Notes under the pieces: model-generated
Seen by the model: the letters and a program-made list of their open reading frames with translations, nothing else
What the model was told of the DNA's origin: nothing
Databases searched by the model: none
From: Candidatus Limnocylindrales bacterium
GTDB taxonomy: Bacteria > Moduliflexota > Moduliflexia > Moduliflexales > JAUQPW01
Reading direction: 5' to 3'
DNA: 23,214 nt
NCBI GenBank assembly: GCA_035559535.1
Contig: DATMBG010000034.1
Span: 62,001 to 85,214, forward strand
Position numbers and translations under genes: made by a program
Shown: positions 8,612 to 17,295 of the stretch, piece by piece
Layout of the letters: the number at the start of each line of letters is the position of its first letter
How positions within the stretch are numbered: the stretch's first letter is position 1

Positions 8612-9670
8612 CTAGTCCTCTTCGAAATATTTTTTTAGATTTCCAATTTTAAACTCCATCCGAACACTTCCTTCCTGCTTCTGTACCTCATTGGACCAAC
8701 TTAATCCTTCGAGAAATAAACGCCCCTTTAAAAATGCCCCCAGGAGCTGAATCTCTTTCTCTAAAAAACCTAAACGGCCGGGATCTTCTGGAAAGACATC
8801 CAAAACCCCCGTCAGGGAATTTTCATCAACCAGATCAAAGGATAAGGCAGCTTTATGAACCTGACCCCAGGAGAGTATCGTTCCAAATTCGGCCAGATTT
8901 TTATCATTCTGGATGAGTTTAGTTAATCGTCCTTGATTATTATCCGCCAGAAGAAGTCCATCGTTTTTCCCCTTTATAAAAGGTTCATAAAAGGGATAAG
9001 AATGGGATATTTCCTTTGAGCGCAGGAGTTTCTTAACAGTATCTGCCGTCGAACCCAGCAGAAGCTTACCATCCCCAAAGGAGTAAGCAGTAATTCCCCT
9101 TTCAACTCCCTCTTTTTTGGCCAGGGAAACAATGGGATACCCTTGAAACACCTCGCGATTAAAACTCTTATCTACTTTAGAGGATTCTTTCGGATTGCCC
9201 TGATCCTTCAGGATCATTTGTTCTATTAAAGGACCCAGGACCTTGTTTTCTAAGTCGGGAATCGTCTTGGCTTTCATCCTCACCGGATTCCCTTTGAGGG
9301 AAAAGGTAAAATCAAAGTTCTCCCGAACATATCCCGTTACGATTCCATACTCCAGTTTATCGGCTCCTTGACCGGCATCAGAAGGAAAGGCCACGATCAA
9401 AGATTCCCCTGAAATAAGGGAGAGGATGTTCTGACCGGTCTGCCTGGATATCCTTCCATCGCTAAGCTTTTCCAGGGCTCTTCCGGTCAATGCTCCAACT
9501 CCGGGATCATTTTTATTGGCTTTAAAGAGAAAGGTAATAACCGAACCCTCCGGAATATAATCCGAAGTACGATCTGTTTTGGCAAGGGACAGATCCAGTC
9601 GGTAGAGTAAAACGAGGACTCCCATTAAAACCCAGAAAATTAATCTTATATTATTTTCCTTAGAGTTCAT
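8612..9670 (-). CDS. Hypothetical exported or membrane-anchored protein
   Basis: Long ORF with an N-terminal hydrophobic segment (LIFWVLMGVLVLLY); ends 4 nt before the acuC start. Start chosen at ATG 9670 from the promoter position. No family recognised. Confidence 0.75.
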   Translation of the reverse strand: MNSKENNIRLIFWVLMGVLVLLYRLDLSLAKTDRTSDYIPEGSVITFLFKANKNDPGVGALTGRALEKLSDGRISRQTGQNILSLISGESLIVAFPSDAGQGADKLEYGIVTGYVRENFDFTFSLKGNPVRMKAKTIPDLENKVLGPLIEQMILKDQGNPKESSKVDKSFNREVFQGYPIVSLAKKEGVERGITAYSFGDGKLLLGSTADTVKKLLRSKEISHSYPFYEPFIKGKNDGLLLADNNQGRLTKLIQNDKNLAEFGTILSWGQVHKAALSFDLVDENSLTGVLDVFPEDPGRLGFLEKEIQLLGAFLKGRLFLEGLSWSNEVQKQEGSVRMEFKIGNLKKYFEED

Positions 9671-9676
9671 GAAATT

Positions 9677-9705
9677 ATTATAGCTAATTCTCAATGTGGG
9701 GTCAA
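9677..9705 (-). promoter_or_regulatory. Sigma70 promoter for the hypothetical-acuC-dapL-panC run
   Basis: Minus strand reads TTGACC-N17-TATAAT. Confidence 0.75.
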
Positions 9706-9729
9706 GGAAAGAAGAAGGTGAATATTCTC

Positions 9730-9758
9730 TTGCCTGAAATCTCTAAGGTGGTTATAGT
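9730..9758 (+). promoter_or_regulatory. Putative sigma70 promoter for ggt (divergent from the previous promoter)
   Basis: TTGCCT-N17-TATAGT. Confidence 0.55.
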
Positions 9759-9842
9759 TAATTTTAAGTCAGGAATCGATAGGAACGGCTCAATCCGGGT
9801 TTGTTTATCAAGAATAACTTCAGTCTTTATCCATAAGGAGGA

Positions 9843-11543
9843 GTGAACATGATAGCATTTTGGGGTGGTCTCATTCTGGCCGGGCTTACGATACTTTCTC
9901 GAGAAGTTTATGCACAGGATCGATCGCAGGCTCGATCCATGGTTATTTCGAAATACGGTATTGTGGCTACCGAGCATCCCCTTGCCTCCCAAGTCGGAGC
10001 CATGATTTTGGTACAAGGAGGACACGCCGTAGACGCAGCCGTTGCGGCCAACGCTGTGATGGGTCTGGTGGCACCTATGAGTAATGGAATCGGTGGGGAT
10101 CTATTTGCCATGGTCTACGAGGCAAAGAGTGGAAGCCTCTATGGCCTGAATGCAAGTGGCTGGGCTCCGGCCGGACTCAGCATCGACCGATTGAAAAGTA
10201 AAGGCATTTCTACTATGCCCCAGCGGGGAATTCATTCGGTTACGGTACCCGGTGCGGTGGACGGTTGGGATAAACTCCTGGATCGTTTTGGGCGGATGAA
10301 GTTCAAAGAGGTACTGGCCCCGGCCATTCGCTACGCCGAAGAAGGTTTTCCGGTTACCGAGTGGGTGAGTGGAGCCTGGCTTGCCAGTGAGCCTGTTTTG
10401 CAGGAAGATGCCAATGCGTCACGTCTTTACTTACCCGAAGGTCGCGCGCCTCGTGTAGGAGAGATCTTCCGAAATCCAGATCTGGCGAGATCCTACAGTC
10501 AGATTGCCGGGCAAGGACGGGATGCTTTTTATAAAGGAGAAATTGCCCAACGCATCGTGACATTTTCAGAGCGTCAGGGAGGAACTCTAACCGCTCAAGA
10601 TCTGGCCGGGTTTTCAAGCGAATGGGTCGAACCCATCTCAACTTCCTATCGGGGTTGGATGATCTATGAACTGCCACCCAACGGTCAAGGGATCGCCGCC
10701 CTGGAGATGTTGAATTTGATGGAAAACTTTCCAATACCCGAGTTCGGTCATAATTCAACCCAGGCCCTGCATGTCCTGATTGAATCCAAGAAACTGGCCT
10801 ATGCAGATCTGATTCGTTATGTGGCCGACCCCAAATTCAGTAAAGTTCCGGTAGCCGAAATTCTTTCCAAAGATTACGCCCGGCAACGGGCCAGACAAAT
10901 CGACATGGACAAGGCCAACCCTCAGGTCGAATCCGGTAAACCGTTTCAGATCGGGGATGATACCATTTATTTGTGTGTTGTGGACCGGGAAGGAAACATG
11001 GTTTCCCTCATTCAGAGTAACTACATGAGTTTTGGTTCGGGACTGGTAGCCGATGGAACCGGGTTTGCCCTACAGAACCGGGGGGGTTTGTTTAGCTTCG
11101 ATCCGGGCCATCCCAATGCACTGATGGGGCGGAAGCGTCCTCTACATACCATCATTCCTGCCTTTATGACCCGAGAGAACTTGCGTATTGCCTTCGGGAT
11201 TATGGGTGGTTGGAACCAGGCCCAGGCTCATGCCCAGTTCGTATCCAACATTGTAGACCATCACATGAACATTCAGGCAGCCCTCGAAGCGGCCCGATTT
11301 ACCAAGATGACCTTTGAGGGTTATGACGTACAGATGGAGGCCCGGATACCCGCTCAGGTCCGCGCCGGGCTGGAAGCCAAAGGGCATCAAATTCTGCTAC
11401 GTGGGGATTTTTCATCGCAAATGGGAGGTGGACAGGCGGTTTTACGGGATTTTGCTACGGGAATCAACTACGGAGCCTCAGATCCGCGAAAAGACGGTGC
11501 CGCCATACCGGAACCACTGCCGGAAAGGCAAGTCAGAAACTAA
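9843..11543 (+). CDS. ggt: Gamma-glutamyltransferase (Ntn hydrolase) with signal peptide
   Basis: GGHAVDAAVA, GIGGDLF, VTVPGAV, ELPPNGQG, autoprocessing site D-T (GDDTIYL), LQNRG, GIMGG, GASDPRKDG; AAGGAGGA SD upstream (start GTG 9843 or ATG 9849). Confidence 0.93.
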   Translation: MNMIAFWGGLILAGLTILSREVYAQDRSQARSMVISKYGIVATEHPLASQVGAMILVQGGHAVDAAVAANAVMGLVAPMSNGIGGDLFAMVYEAKSGSLYGLNASGWAPAGLSIDRLKSKGISTMPQRGIHSVTVPGAVDGWDKLLDRFGRMKFKEVLAPAIRYAEEGFPVTEWVSGAWLASEPVLQEDANASRLYLPEGRAPRVGEIFRNPDLARSYSQIAGQGRDAFYKGEIAQRIVTFSERQGGTLTAQDLAGFSSEWVEPISTSYRGWMIYELPPNGQGIAALEMLNLMENFPIPEFGHNSTQALHVLIESKKLAYADLIRYVADPKFSKVPVAEILSKDYARQRARQIDMDKANPQVESGKPFQIGDDTIYLCVVDREGNMVSLIQSNYMSFGSGLVADGTGFALQNRGGLFSFDPGHPNALMGRKRPLHTIIPAFMTRENLRIAFGIMGGWNQAQAHAQFVSNIVDHHMNIQAALEAARFTKMTFEGYDVQMEARIPAQVRAGLEAKGHQILLRGDFSSQMGGGQAVLRDFATGINYGASDPRKDGAAIPEPLPERQVRN

Positions 11544-11674
11544 AAAAGGAATAGGACGAACCCCTGGAAAGTAATAGATCCCCTGGAATTTACCCAGGAC
11601 AGAGCTTTCTGAGGCCGGTTTTTTGGACCTGATCCCTCCGACTCCTCTTCCCCCGGGTGAAGGCCCCTAGAAGA

Positions 11675-13156
11675 TTAATAAGATCGGGCACATCGAAATC
11701 CAATGTAACTGATTCCGCTGTTGGGCTCGGATCTCAGACGAACGGCTGTACGAATACTTTCGGGTCGGTTTCCCCAAGATCCACCCCGAAGGACCCGACC
11801 TTTTCCACTGGCAGGACCCTGGGGGTTTTCAGCAGGACTGGTCGCATAATACGTTTCATCATACCAGTCCGCCACCCACTCCCATACATTCCCTGCCATG
11901 TCCATAACTCCATAGGGAGAAGCGCCCAGGGGAAAACTTCCCACCGGAGAGGTATATTCAAATCCGTCCGCCTTACCCCGATCTTTACCGTAATTGGCTC
12001 TATATTTACCACCTGCATCGGGAAGCTCATGACCCCACGGAAAGAGCCTTCCATCGGTTCCTCTGGCGGCTTTTTCCCACTCCGCTTCTGTAGGCAACCT
12101 CTTACCGGCCCATTGACAATAAGCTACGGCATCGTTCCAGCTTACCTGTACAACTGGATGATCCAACAGATTGTTAATCTCATTCCTCCGCCCAAAGGGG
12201 GAACGCCAGTTTACAGAACCGTCCTCCCTGGTGATAATCTCTCCTTCATAATTTCCTGCCCACCGGACAATCAAGCCAATCCTGTCTTTTTCCGCGTCGG
12301 TCTTATACCCGGTGGCCTCTACAAATTTCATAAATTGACGATTCGTAACAGGGTATTTATCGATATAAAAGGCATCTAAACGGACCTTGTGTTGAGGCAT
12401 TTCATCTTTGTAATCGGCCCGATCACACTGAATATTGGGAGCTACCCCTCTGGATTCTTCACAGAGCTTCATCGCCTCATCGATATCCTTTTCAGAAGAA
12501 CCCATTAGAAATTCCCCTTCCGGGATCAACACCATCTCTGAGTCCTTTGGAACAATGGAAGCTGGTTTAAGATTTGCCCGGGAGGCTATTTTTAACTCCC
12601 TACGAGAGCCGGTCCTAACTTTTACAGACAACTCCGAATTTGACAAACCCATGTCCCAGTTCTGAGTCTTAATACGAATAAAATAAACCTGATCGGGAAT
12701 AGTATAGGATTGGGTATACATTTTCCAGACTCCCGGATCTTCTCGATTTTTATTAAAAACGTTATAATCGAATTTCTTTAGGGTAGCGGCATAGCTCCCA
12801 TCCCCCATGAGCCACTGTTCTCCCATTTTCTGCAGAGATCTATCGAAAAGATCAACTCCCGTATACCCCCCACCTCCCAGGGTCATATAGGCTACAGGCA
12901 AATAGTAAGTCTGTCCTGGTACCACAGGGAAGGGATAGGTATGGGCATCTCCACCATGGGTTACCCGGGCAAAGGTTTGGCTATGAGAACCCTCGAAGGC
13001 ATATTCTTGGGTAAGGACCCTACTTCCTGGGATTTCCCATTGACGAGAACCTCCCTCGAAGTCCTCGAAAAATAAAACTTCTCCAGGTTGTGCTAGGACT
13101 CCTTGAACAGGGGTCAAGATAAGAACAAGGACTATCAAAACCAACCACCTTATCAT
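11675..13156 (-). CDS. Secreted FGE-sulfatase (SUMF1/EgtB/PvdO-fold) domain protein with an N-terminal CBM-like domain
   Basis: Signal peptide; FEDFEGG-type start of a beta-sandwich-like domain; C-terminal MVLIPEGEFLMGS, HPVVQVSWNDA, RLPTEAEWEKAARG, DMAGNVWEW, RGGSW, IGFRCA. Confidence 0.88.
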   Translation of the reverse strand: MIRWLVLIVLVLILTPVQGVLAQPGEVLFFEDFEGGSRQWEIPGSRVLTQEYAFEGSHSQTFARVTHGGDAHTYPFPVVPGQTYYLPVAYMTLGGGGYTGVDLFDRSLQKMGEQWLMGDGSYAATLKKFDYNVFNKNREDPGVWKMYTQSYTIPDQVYFIRIKTQNWDMGLSNSELSVKVRTGSRRELKIASRANLKPASIVPKDSEMVLIPEGEFLMGSSEKDIDEAMKLCEESRGVAPNIQCDRADYKDEMPQHKVRLDAFYIDKYPVTNRQFMKFVEATGYKTDAEKDRIGLIVRWAGNYEGEIITREDGSVNWRSPFGRRNEINNLLDHPVVQVSWNDAVAYCQWAGKRLPTEAEWEKAARGTDGRLFPWGHELPDAGGKYRANYGKDRGKADGFEYTSPVGSFPLGASPYGVMDMAGNVWEWVADWYDETYYATSPAENPQGPASGKGRVLRGGSWGNRPESIRTAVRLRSEPNSGISYIGFRCARSY

Positions 13157-13171
13157 ATCAACTTCCTCTGC

Positions 13172-13367
13172 CAGCAGGCAACCCTTCCCTTTCTCTCCCC
13201 CACCTGCGGAGAGGGATAGGGTGGGGTAACCTGTTGATAGCTCTTATTCTTATGCCGGTAACAGGTGCTTCTTCCCCTCACCCCTGGCGCCTATGCCCTT
13301 TGCCCCCTCTAAGGGGATTTAAAGGCTACTCGTTAAATTCCCCCCTGGAGGGGGGAATAGGGGGTGT
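13172..13367. repeat. Cluster of C-run/G-run palindromic REP-like elements
   Basis: Hairpin CAGCAGG..CCCT..TCTCTCC / GGAGAGGG..AGGG..CCTGTTG (13172-13236); CCCCCTCTAAGGGG and TTCCCCCCTGGAGGGGGGAA (13273-13367). Confidence 0.65.
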
Positions 13368-13541
13368 TGAAGTCGAAAAAAAGACTTTCCCCCTTTTTAG
13401 CTTGATGCATAGGGGACGGTCTCCATCCTTTATCTCACCTTTCCCTACCAATCTGGTATCAATTGAACAAGACAGGATAAAAGACATTTTTCAACGCGAT
13501 GGATAATTTCCCACTACCCTCTAGGTAGCAACTTTTGTGCC

Positions 13542-16500
13542 TTAGGGGGGGAGGGTCTGCCGGTGAGGTTCTAGCAGAGAAACGATGGCTTTTTTCCGTT
13601 CACAGAAGCGTCTGAATTTTTTTAAAAACATCGCCCGTCTTAAAAGAGATTCTTCTTCCGGACGAACCTGGAATACCGTTTGACTACCGATCACAATAAG
13701 CTTCCGGGCGGCACGGGTTAAGGCCACATTCAATCGATTGGGGCTGAGGAGGAATTCCGATTCGGCCAGGATGTAGTCAGGATCTGAAGCGGTAAGGGAA
13801 ATAAGAATGACCTCTCGTTCCTGTCCCTGGATACGCTCTACTGTATCCACCAGGGGTAAGGATAGAGTCAGGCGTTCCTCCATTTCGATCTGTTGGGTTT
13901 GGAAGAGCCCGGTCAGTCGGGTTATGATTTCATTGTTTTGGGCCCGATGGGGCGTGATAATAGCCAAATTCTGAGGGGGGATTTGATAATCCAGAACCAA
14001 CCGCCGGGTCAGATCAACGATGAGTTCAGCTTCCAGGAGATTTCGTTGCTGAGAGAGATCGTCAAACATTTCGACAAGTACCACCGGTTTGAGGGGATCC
14101 AAGATTTCGTCTATCCGGGAAGCCCAGGGCTTAGGATCCTTCGGGGTCTCCAATTTGGGGCTTTGAACCTCAGACTTTAGAGTTGGAAGCTTGAGTTGGG
14201 CGTTCTGGGGATGAGGTTTGAGGCGGTTGTAATAGAAAGTTAGACTGGGGAATTCAGTCAATTCTTTATTCATTCGACGGGTCTGGGTCAGCATTACCGT
14301 ACAGGATCGATAACCGGTTCGACTTTTAAGATACTCAAAAATAGAGCGATGGTAATACTCTTCCTCGGGATAGGTTCCCTGTACAATGGGCGGCATTTGA
14401 TTTTCATCCCCCACAAATAGAAATCTGCCTTTGCCGTATAACATGGCTAAGATGGCCAGAGGAACCGTGACTTGAGAGGCTTCATCGAAAACTACCAGGT
14501 CAAAGAGGGATTCAAATGCGTCTCCCGAAGTCCAGTAGTTCTTGTCCTTAACAGCCGAGTAAATCCCCTGAGGGGTGGCGCCTAAAATATAGTAGGGATC
14601 CTGAGGAAAAAGCCTTCCCCATCGTCCGATTTCCTGGACTCTAACACCCTGTCTGGAATTGGATAGTTCGATTTCTGGGTTTAATTCCTCGGCTTCCCCT
14701 CCGGCAGAGTTAAGCTTGTAAAGGGGACAGAGGGCCTGACCTCCCATAAAGGTATTCAAATGGGAAGCCACTTTACTTAAAACGTTGTTAATGGCCTTAT
14801 GAGAACCTGCGCTTACCAAGATCCGCAAAGGACGTTGCTCGCGCTGGGCGAGGAGTATCTGGGCGATAAGAATCCAGGCAAGAACGTGGGTTTTTCCGGT
14901 CCCGGGAGGCCCCTGAATAAGGGAAAGATCGTATGTAAAGGGGAGAAGAAAGGCCTGTTCCTGAGAGGAATCGAAATCAAGAACCTTTCTCAAGGGTTCC
15001 ATCCAGGCCATGGCCTGGCTCCGGAAAGAAGTATTTTCTTTCCCACCATATTTGCCATTAAGAAGATCAAAGAAATTAAAGGGCGAGTTTTCAGAAAATG
15101 CCCGGTTCACCGCATGCCAGACTTTAGAAAAGGTAAAGTCATCCAGATCTTCATCCAAGGTATACCGGGCCTGGGGATCTATGACCAGAGGCCCTTTTCC
15201 TCTGGGTATCAGGACCAATTGGAGTTTTCGAGGATCGTTCCGGACGAGGATCACACTCTGACCTCCCTGAAGGGAGTTCGAAATCCGAAGTTCGGAGTTT
15301 AAACCCTGAACCGGCCCCATGGGATTGAGCCTCAAAAATTCATTATCCCGAAACTTCGACTGGGCCCCCGAGGCACCATAGGAGAAGACATAGCCCTGTC
15401 TTCCGGAAGGAAGTATTTGAGTGTTAAGAAATTTAAGCATGGCAATGCAGCGATACTGGGCTACCCGTTCACTTACCGAAAGTCGTTGAAACTGCCGGAT
15501 TTCCTGAATTTTGAGGTCTCTCTCGGTTTTAAGAAAGGTCAAAAGCTTTCCTTTCAAGGAAGTCCACTCCCCGGGAAGCGGTTCCAAAGCCATGGAGGTC
15601 TTGGCTCGAGGCCATGTCAGGGTAGATCTAAGATACCCATAAATATGGGCTGTTGCCAGGAGGTTGAAAGCCACACGGGCCAGCATCTGATCCTGATACT
15701 GGCTTCGTTGAATGGGATCTGTTGTTTGCCAGTACAATTGCGGAAGGGAGAGAGATTCAGGGTTTTCATCAAACTGAAGACCGGGTTCCGAATAACCAAG
15801 AACCCGGGCAACCTGGGGAAGGGTATAGGCAGATTCCACGGGTAAGGCAAGGGTTTGTTGCAAGACCTGATGAAGATTTGCATAGTGACCCTGGGCATTA
15901 AAAATAAGCTGTTGAAGTAAAGTTCTCAACTCTCCCATCCTTCCGCTTCCCCATTCCTCTGTCCCCCCCTTCTCCCACTCTCCTAAAAAGTACTTCTCCC
16001 AAATCCTTTGTAACTGTCGCTTTTCGTAGCTGTCATAAAGAAAAATATGGGCCATCTTTCCCTGATCCTGACAATCCTTCCAGATTTGATGTAGGCAGAT
16101 TAAGAAGCGTTCAAAGGTTTGCCTTTCTTCTTCAGGACGGGAAGCTAAAAATATCTCGAGCCGATCTTCTTTTCCAGATTCCCGAACTAAAAGGCCGTAC
16201 AGATAAAGGATCTGTTGCACGGGATCTGTGTCTACCTGGATATATATCTCTACCTGGATATTATGGGGGATCAGATGGGAAACTGATTCTTTAACGATAA
16301 TCCGATTTTCCTTTAAAGCCTGGGCATGGAGCTGAATCTGCCTGGCAGAACGGGAAAGAATCCAATCTTCTCGATAAGCGCTTGGATCCAGAGAGGTTGC
16401 CGCCTGATCAACCGTTGTGATTCCATCCCGGAGAAGCCTTCGCTTCTGTGATCGGCGTAGAAACGGGATAAGAGAAAGATCGGCCTTTCTCCGGGCTTCT

Positions 16501-17273
16501 TCCTGACAATGCTTAAAATATCCGCATGACCCGCATTTAAAGTCCAGATGCCAGGCCGCTTCTTGGAGATCTTTGGAAAGAATTCGGGCAATTTCCTTAA
16601 AAACATCTTCCAGGGCATAACGAAAAGGCTCCAGATCAAAGCTTTCCTCCGAATAAAGCCCCGGGTCCCAGACCTCTGATCCTGAGTTCCCCACTTCCTG
16701 TGGATTAGAATTTGGAAGTGGAACGATAAAGCCGCGCTCTGGATAGTAAAGGGTTTCTCCAGGATAGAGACTTCGATAGGTGAAATAGAGAAGGTGGGAG
16801 TACAGGGTCACCTGATATTTCTGATAAAGTTTGGGTTGCAGACTGGCTTTGATATCCCCGACTTCATAGATTGCATGCCCATCAGGGGTGGTTTTATCGG
16901 TCCGTTTTTTGAGTAGGTCGGGATAACCGTGCACCATGACCGGAAGATGGGCATAAACCTGTCGAAATAAACCTGCCGGATAGAGGTAGGCCTGATAAAT
17001 GAGATCTGCTTTTCCTTCTCGAATCAGTTCCCGGGTCTGCTCTGCTGCATCAGGCCCTTTCACCTCTACGATCTGAAGTCCCTGGCGATAGTACCATTGA
17101 AGAACCCTCTTCTCATGTTCTAAACCCCGGACCCTCAACCGGGAGTCCATTTCTACTTTAACCGGTTTTCTTGGATCCTCGTCGGGAAGCAGGTGATAAT
17201 AGACCTGGCGTTCACAGTTATGGTAAATATACTGTCCGAGAATAGTAGGAGTTAAAGCCTTAAATTTTTCCAC
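13542..17273 (-). CDS. TM0106-like RecB/Cas4-type nuclease + HhH + RNase H-like + SF1B (Dna2/Upf1-like) helicase
   Basis: Nuclease motifs HNCER, GYPDLL, GDIKAS, QVTLY, CGSCGYFKHC; HhH-like LSLIPFLR..GITTVDQ; helicase motifs QGPPGTGKT, DEASQ, VGDENQMPP, QTRRM, ITPHRAQ, DTVERIQGQERE, NRLNVALTRA. GTG start. Confidence 0.88.
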   Translation of the reverse strand: MEKFKALTPTILGQYIYHNCERQVYYHLLPDEDPRKPVKVEMDSRLRVRGLEHEKRVLQWYYRQGLQIVEVKGPDAAEQTRELIREGKADLIYQAYLYPAGLFRQVYAHLPVMVHGYPDLLKKRTDKTTPDGHAIYEVGDIKASLQPKLYQKYQVTLYSHLLYFTYRSLYPGETLYYPERGFIVPLPNSNPQEVGNSGSEVWDPGLYSEESFDLEPFRYALEDVFKEIARILSKDLQEAAWHLDFKCGSCGYFKHCQEEARRKADLSLIPFLRRSQKRRLLRDGITTVDQAATSLDPSAYREDWILSRSARQIQLHAQALKENRIIVKESVSHLIPHNIQVEIYIQVDTDPVQQILYLYGLLVRESGKEDRLEIFLASRPEEERQTFERFLICLHQIWKDCQDQGKMAHIFLYDSYEKRQLQRIWEKYFLGEWEKGGTEEWGSGRMGELRTLLQQLIFNAQGHYANLHQVLQQTLALPVESAYTLPQVARVLGYSEPGLQFDENPESLSLPQLYWQTTDPIQRSQYQDQMLARVAFNLLATAHIYGYLRSTLTWPRAKTSMALEPLPGEWTSLKGKLLTFLKTERDLKIQEIRQFQRLSVSERVAQYRCIAMLKFLNTQILPSGRQGYVFSYGASGAQSKFRDNEFLRLNPMGPVQGLNSELRISNSLQGGQSVILVRNDPRKLQLVLIPRGKGPLVIDPQARYTLDEDLDDFTFSKVWHAVNRAFSENSPFNFFDLLNGKYGGKENTSFRSQAMAWMEPLRKVLDFDSSQEQAFLLPFTYDLSLIQGPPGTGKTHVLAWILIAQILLAQREQRPLRILVSAGSHKAINNVLSKVASHLNTFMGGQALCPLYKLNSAGGEAEELNPEIELSNSRQGVRVQEIGRWGRLFPQDPYYILGATPQGIYSAVKDKNYWTSGDAFESLFDLVVFDEASQVTVPLAILAMLYGKGRFLFVGDENQMPPIVQGTYPEEEYYHRSIFEYLKSRTGYRSCTVMLTQTRRMNKELTEFPSLTFYYNRLKPHPQNAQLKLPTLKSEVQSPKLETPKDPKPWASRIDEILDPLKPVVLVEMFDDLSQQRNLLEAELIVDLTRRLVLDYQIPPQNLAIITPHRAQNNEIITRLTGLFQTQQIEMEERLTLSLPLVDTVERIQGQEREVILISLTASDPDYILAESEFLLSPNRLNVALTRAARKLIVIGSQTVFQVRPEEESLLRRAMFLKKFRRFCERKKAIVSLLEPHRQTLPP

Positions 17274-17295
17274 AATTTTAACAGTCAGCCAGCAT

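Noticed and set aside
11675..11900. Diversity-generating retroelement variable repeat in the FGE/CLec C-terminus
   Set aside because: No template repeat or reverse transcriptase seen in the window; a remote DGR cannot be excluded.
11657..12379. 240-aa + strand ORF and the other ORFs nested in or antisense to long genes
   Set aside because: Shadow ORFs of well-supported genes, with no recognisable motifs.
9843..13156. Ergothioneine/ovothiol-type cluster (GGT + EgtB-like protein)
   Set aside because: The genes are convergent, both have signal peptides, and the FGE protein lacks the EgtB metal-binding DinB domain.
13234..13506. 90-aa + strand ORF
   Set aside because: TTG start, composed largely of translated palindromic repeats (PPLRG, SPLEGGIGG); no recognisable domain.
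16490..17273. cas4 gene indicating a CRISPR-Cas locus
   Set aside because: The Cas4-like motifs form the N-terminal domain of a helicase fusion; no array or other cas genes in the window.
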